The notes under the pieces were generated by a model. It was not told the DNA's origin and ran no database searches. It saw only the letters and a list, made by a program, of their open reading frames with translations. Of a DNA stretch of 64,000 nt, positions 60,715-64,000 are shown piece after piece; the stretch's first letter is position 1, and every line of letters begins with the position of its first letter. The DNA is from Ophelia neglecta (Eukaryota), in contig OZ260661.1 in assembly GCA_965285935.1 (NCBI GenBank), forward strand, positions 40,610,001-40,674,000, in the 5' to 3' direction. The position numbers were made by a program, and so were the translations under genes.

Positions 60715-63700
60715 CAGCCAGCTCTTATCACACATTTGTCATTACCCACAGCCATGCATGCCATATGCTCCTCAGGATCAGTATATCACAGATACATGAG
60801 GTGTCTAGGTATCCAAACCAAGCTGTACTGAGGAGAATGTGTTCCTAAACATATTGCAAGGCCTTCAGAACACAAAAACACTACAAATCCCAGTGTTTTA
60901 CAGTGTGGACATTCGAGAGAAGTTACACTGTTGGCTATTGGTTACATTCTGTACAGAGTCTGCAGCCCAACATATGTTATGTTGATTTCTTCAGTTAAAT
61001 CAGTTTCATTTGATAACATTTCATTAGTTTAAGTGAAACAACACATACCACAAAAACGATGTTGACATTACTTTATCGTTTTCTTTCAGTGCCAGATTAA
61101 AGCTAGCAATTAGAGAGTGGGTTGAGTATGTGGGCAAACACAGACACTAGAAACTATCAAGTTTTCAGCTGGTGTGTTTGATACAATTGGCTCATAAAAC
61201 ATTGTATTTACATGTACTGTGGTATACATTTACAGACAGATGGTCTGACACACTTGCAGCCTGCCCAGGTGAGCTGTGTTTACCCTGGGTACAATATTAG
61301 TGTAACAGAAGAGCCCAAGCTTAGCCCATAACTCAAACCAAATCAAGGCACCACACAGTAAACAGGAGGAGCTAACAACAAAACTGTCTATTTACAACCA
61401 GCCAAACCAGAGCAGATATTTGTAAATTTGTGGTGCGACTTGACTTGCGGCCACACCTATATTGTCATTACAAGAACATTGACATAGATACACTAACTTA
61501 ACCTTACTCAACTTTATAACTGTACTTATATGTGAAATAAAATTTTTGTCAGATAAAAGATTAACAGTCAGGCCTGCATTTAAGTGTTAGACGTGCTAAG
61601 ATACTAGATAGTTACATCTACAAATCAAACACCAATTCACTACATTGTAATATGTAAAACTGGTGTCCTCTTCTGTTGGCTCCCCACAGGAAACCATTTT
61701 TTGTAGTATAATGCCAGGTACTTGGCTTGAGCATATATATACAGATGAGAAAAAGCATCTAAATAGCAAGCCATTTGCCAAACAATTTGCTATGTTTTAA
61801 TCAATCAATGAGTTACACATATAAGCAAAGAACTGATGTATGAAAACAGTGCATAGAATACTCTGCTCAAATTACCAATACATGTACCGATGGCAGACCC
61901 AATAGATCATTATCCCTGACAAGCAACCATGATGAGATTACCCAGTCTAACATTCCATCTTCTGTCTACTTTTCTGCTTCAGAAACAATAAAGCTCATGC
62001 TTGTACATTATGTACATGTACACTTGTAACCTGACATGTCAATGCTACAATACAAATCAAGCAGTGGGCAAACTTCCCTTCCTAGGAATATATATTCTGG
62101 GCACAGCCAACATGTGAAGGAGGGTTAAGATGGCCTTAGCTTTTATCATTTAGCAATACAGTCACTTTAATCTTTATATTTGAGATACTAGCAGTACAGC
62201 TATACAAGTAATAAGTAATCTCCCCCAATAACCTGAGATGAAACTGGTTGTTTTGCACATGTATGCTGTTCATCCAAAGTTCTGCAAAAAGAACTGAGAC
62301 ATAGCTTTTGTGTCCAACTCTCATCAATGGGTCCTTTATGAAAGTGCAGATTGCAAGAATGTCTGAAAATCATGAATAGCACCTTGAAGACAGTGAAGAC
62401 CAGCAATATAGCTGGTTACAAAGTCTTTCGGTTATGTAAAGACAACAAGTTCTTAAACAAGATTTCAACAATTCACTCAACTGGTGTTCCAGATTTTACT
62501 TTCTCTTGGCCAAAGAAACAACAACCTGGGTTTTGTACTTCATTATAAAATAATTGATATGTTTGGCCAGGTTTTCTTTCTTTTTGCTAATTCCTGACTA
62601 TAGTCACATTCAGTTTTTCAGCTCACCAGTCAAATTGGCCCAAACCTGCTGGTCATAACTGATTTTTATCATGCACAGTACAAAGCTTTATTTTACAAAT
62701 GAGACTGCCCATTTTTAAATCATAAAAGTTGTATATCATTACTTTAAAGTGTTAATCTGTTAATGACAAACAATCCCATATTGGCTGCTTTCGGATGACT
62801 CCTTAAACATTTAAGAAGTCATCTGAGAGCAGAAAAAACAGTGTTTCAGTAATATCAGGTTTAATGGTCAGTCTACTGGTCAGTAATTTGTGGAATGTCA
62901 CAAGTTCCATTTACATTTTTCCAGTAAAAACCCAAAAACTGCTAACTTTTCAACATGACTGTGTTAGTTTGACTAAGACTCTCTCCAAATAAAGTCTGTA
63001 GAGTGATCGTCTGAATAAAATTCTATTAAAAAGGTAAATAACCAGCTGAACAATGTAGCAGTTGCTTGTGTAGTAATACATGTAATGATATACAAATTTT
63101 CAATCTAGGAAAATTGGTAAATTAAAAAAGGGGGGACCTGCGAAAGTGCTAAAATAAGTGTGCTTAAAGTGTCGATTACCATTGCGTTTTTTGATGTTCG
63201 TATAATATGTTTCTACTTTTCGAGCAGGGACAAGTTTCCTATTCAAATAATACATGTTAGCAGTCTAGCTGAGTGAAAATGACTATCTTGATTAGTTTTA
63301 TATAAATATATATTAAACTTTGATAATATTTATTGCATTTGCAAAGCATCTGCTGATAAAAATTGACTGAAATTGGTGAATAAACAATGAAATAAAACAG
63401 CTTCTGCAAGTGTTTGCTGTGCAAAGCAAAATCTCTTGTTATCATTGACCATCATAAAGGGTTTACATGTTTACATCAGTAAAATGAATATGGATTTGAA
63501 TCTAAATGTGAAACCCCAAGTTCTGAAGTGCTAAGTTTTACACAACCACTTGAAAGAAGAGGAAATGCTGTGGCACCTTAGTGGCGCATACTTCTGAATT
63601 GTTGATGGCGCGGACAGGGAAAGATCAAGGGAAAATATCTTAACCAACAAAACGGCTAAAACTGTAACAGCATTGGTATCTGTAGGTAGGGCCAGGAAAT

Positions 63701-64000
63701 TGGAGACAAAGAAATATTTTTATTTAGCTGTACCTAGCTCCATATCAAAAGACTTGTCCAGCCAGCTGGTTTCAGCCATTTTGACCTTTTATATGTATTA
63801 TCATTTCAAATTTCAGTAATATATATTGAGATAAACACTAAATCATGGTAAATTCAATGCATATAATATGCGTTTTAGAACATATATGGATTTTAGTGCA
63901 ATATAAATGTATGTGTAAATGTAAATATAAGATTCATGATCTAGATCAGAGACACCAAGATTTAAAATGTTACCCTTTAGACAATTGTATCTGTTCATGA

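Overview
AT-rich, CpG-depleted animal genomic DNA. It is probably from an invertebrate such as a mollusc or other lophotrochozoan (inferred from composition and repeat types, not proven). The whole window lies inside one large minus-strand gene, a MAGI-family scaffold (membrane-associated guanylate kinase, inverted; GuK-WW-WW-PDZ...). I traced 11 GT-AG exons from 48355 down to 1268 that join into one open frame of 1806 nt (602 codons), covering GuK, WW1, WW2, PDZ1 and PDZ2. The PDZ0 exon and the C-terminal PDZ exons appear to lie outside the window. The most notable feature is a set of at least four intronic, ATG-initiated ORFs (45790, 27766, 18516, 12995). Each runs into a splice donor whose phase matches the next MAGI exon. 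They look like stacked alternative first exons that give progressively N-terminally truncated isoforms. Two of them carry canonical PP1-docking (RVxF/W) motifs. The introns also hold two clean TA-flanked Tc1/mariner-pogo MITEs, probable Harbinger and hAT MITEs, four minisatellites, a G-rich tract and a perfect 43-bp-arm palindrome. I found no prokaryotic features, RNA genes or CRISPR arrays.
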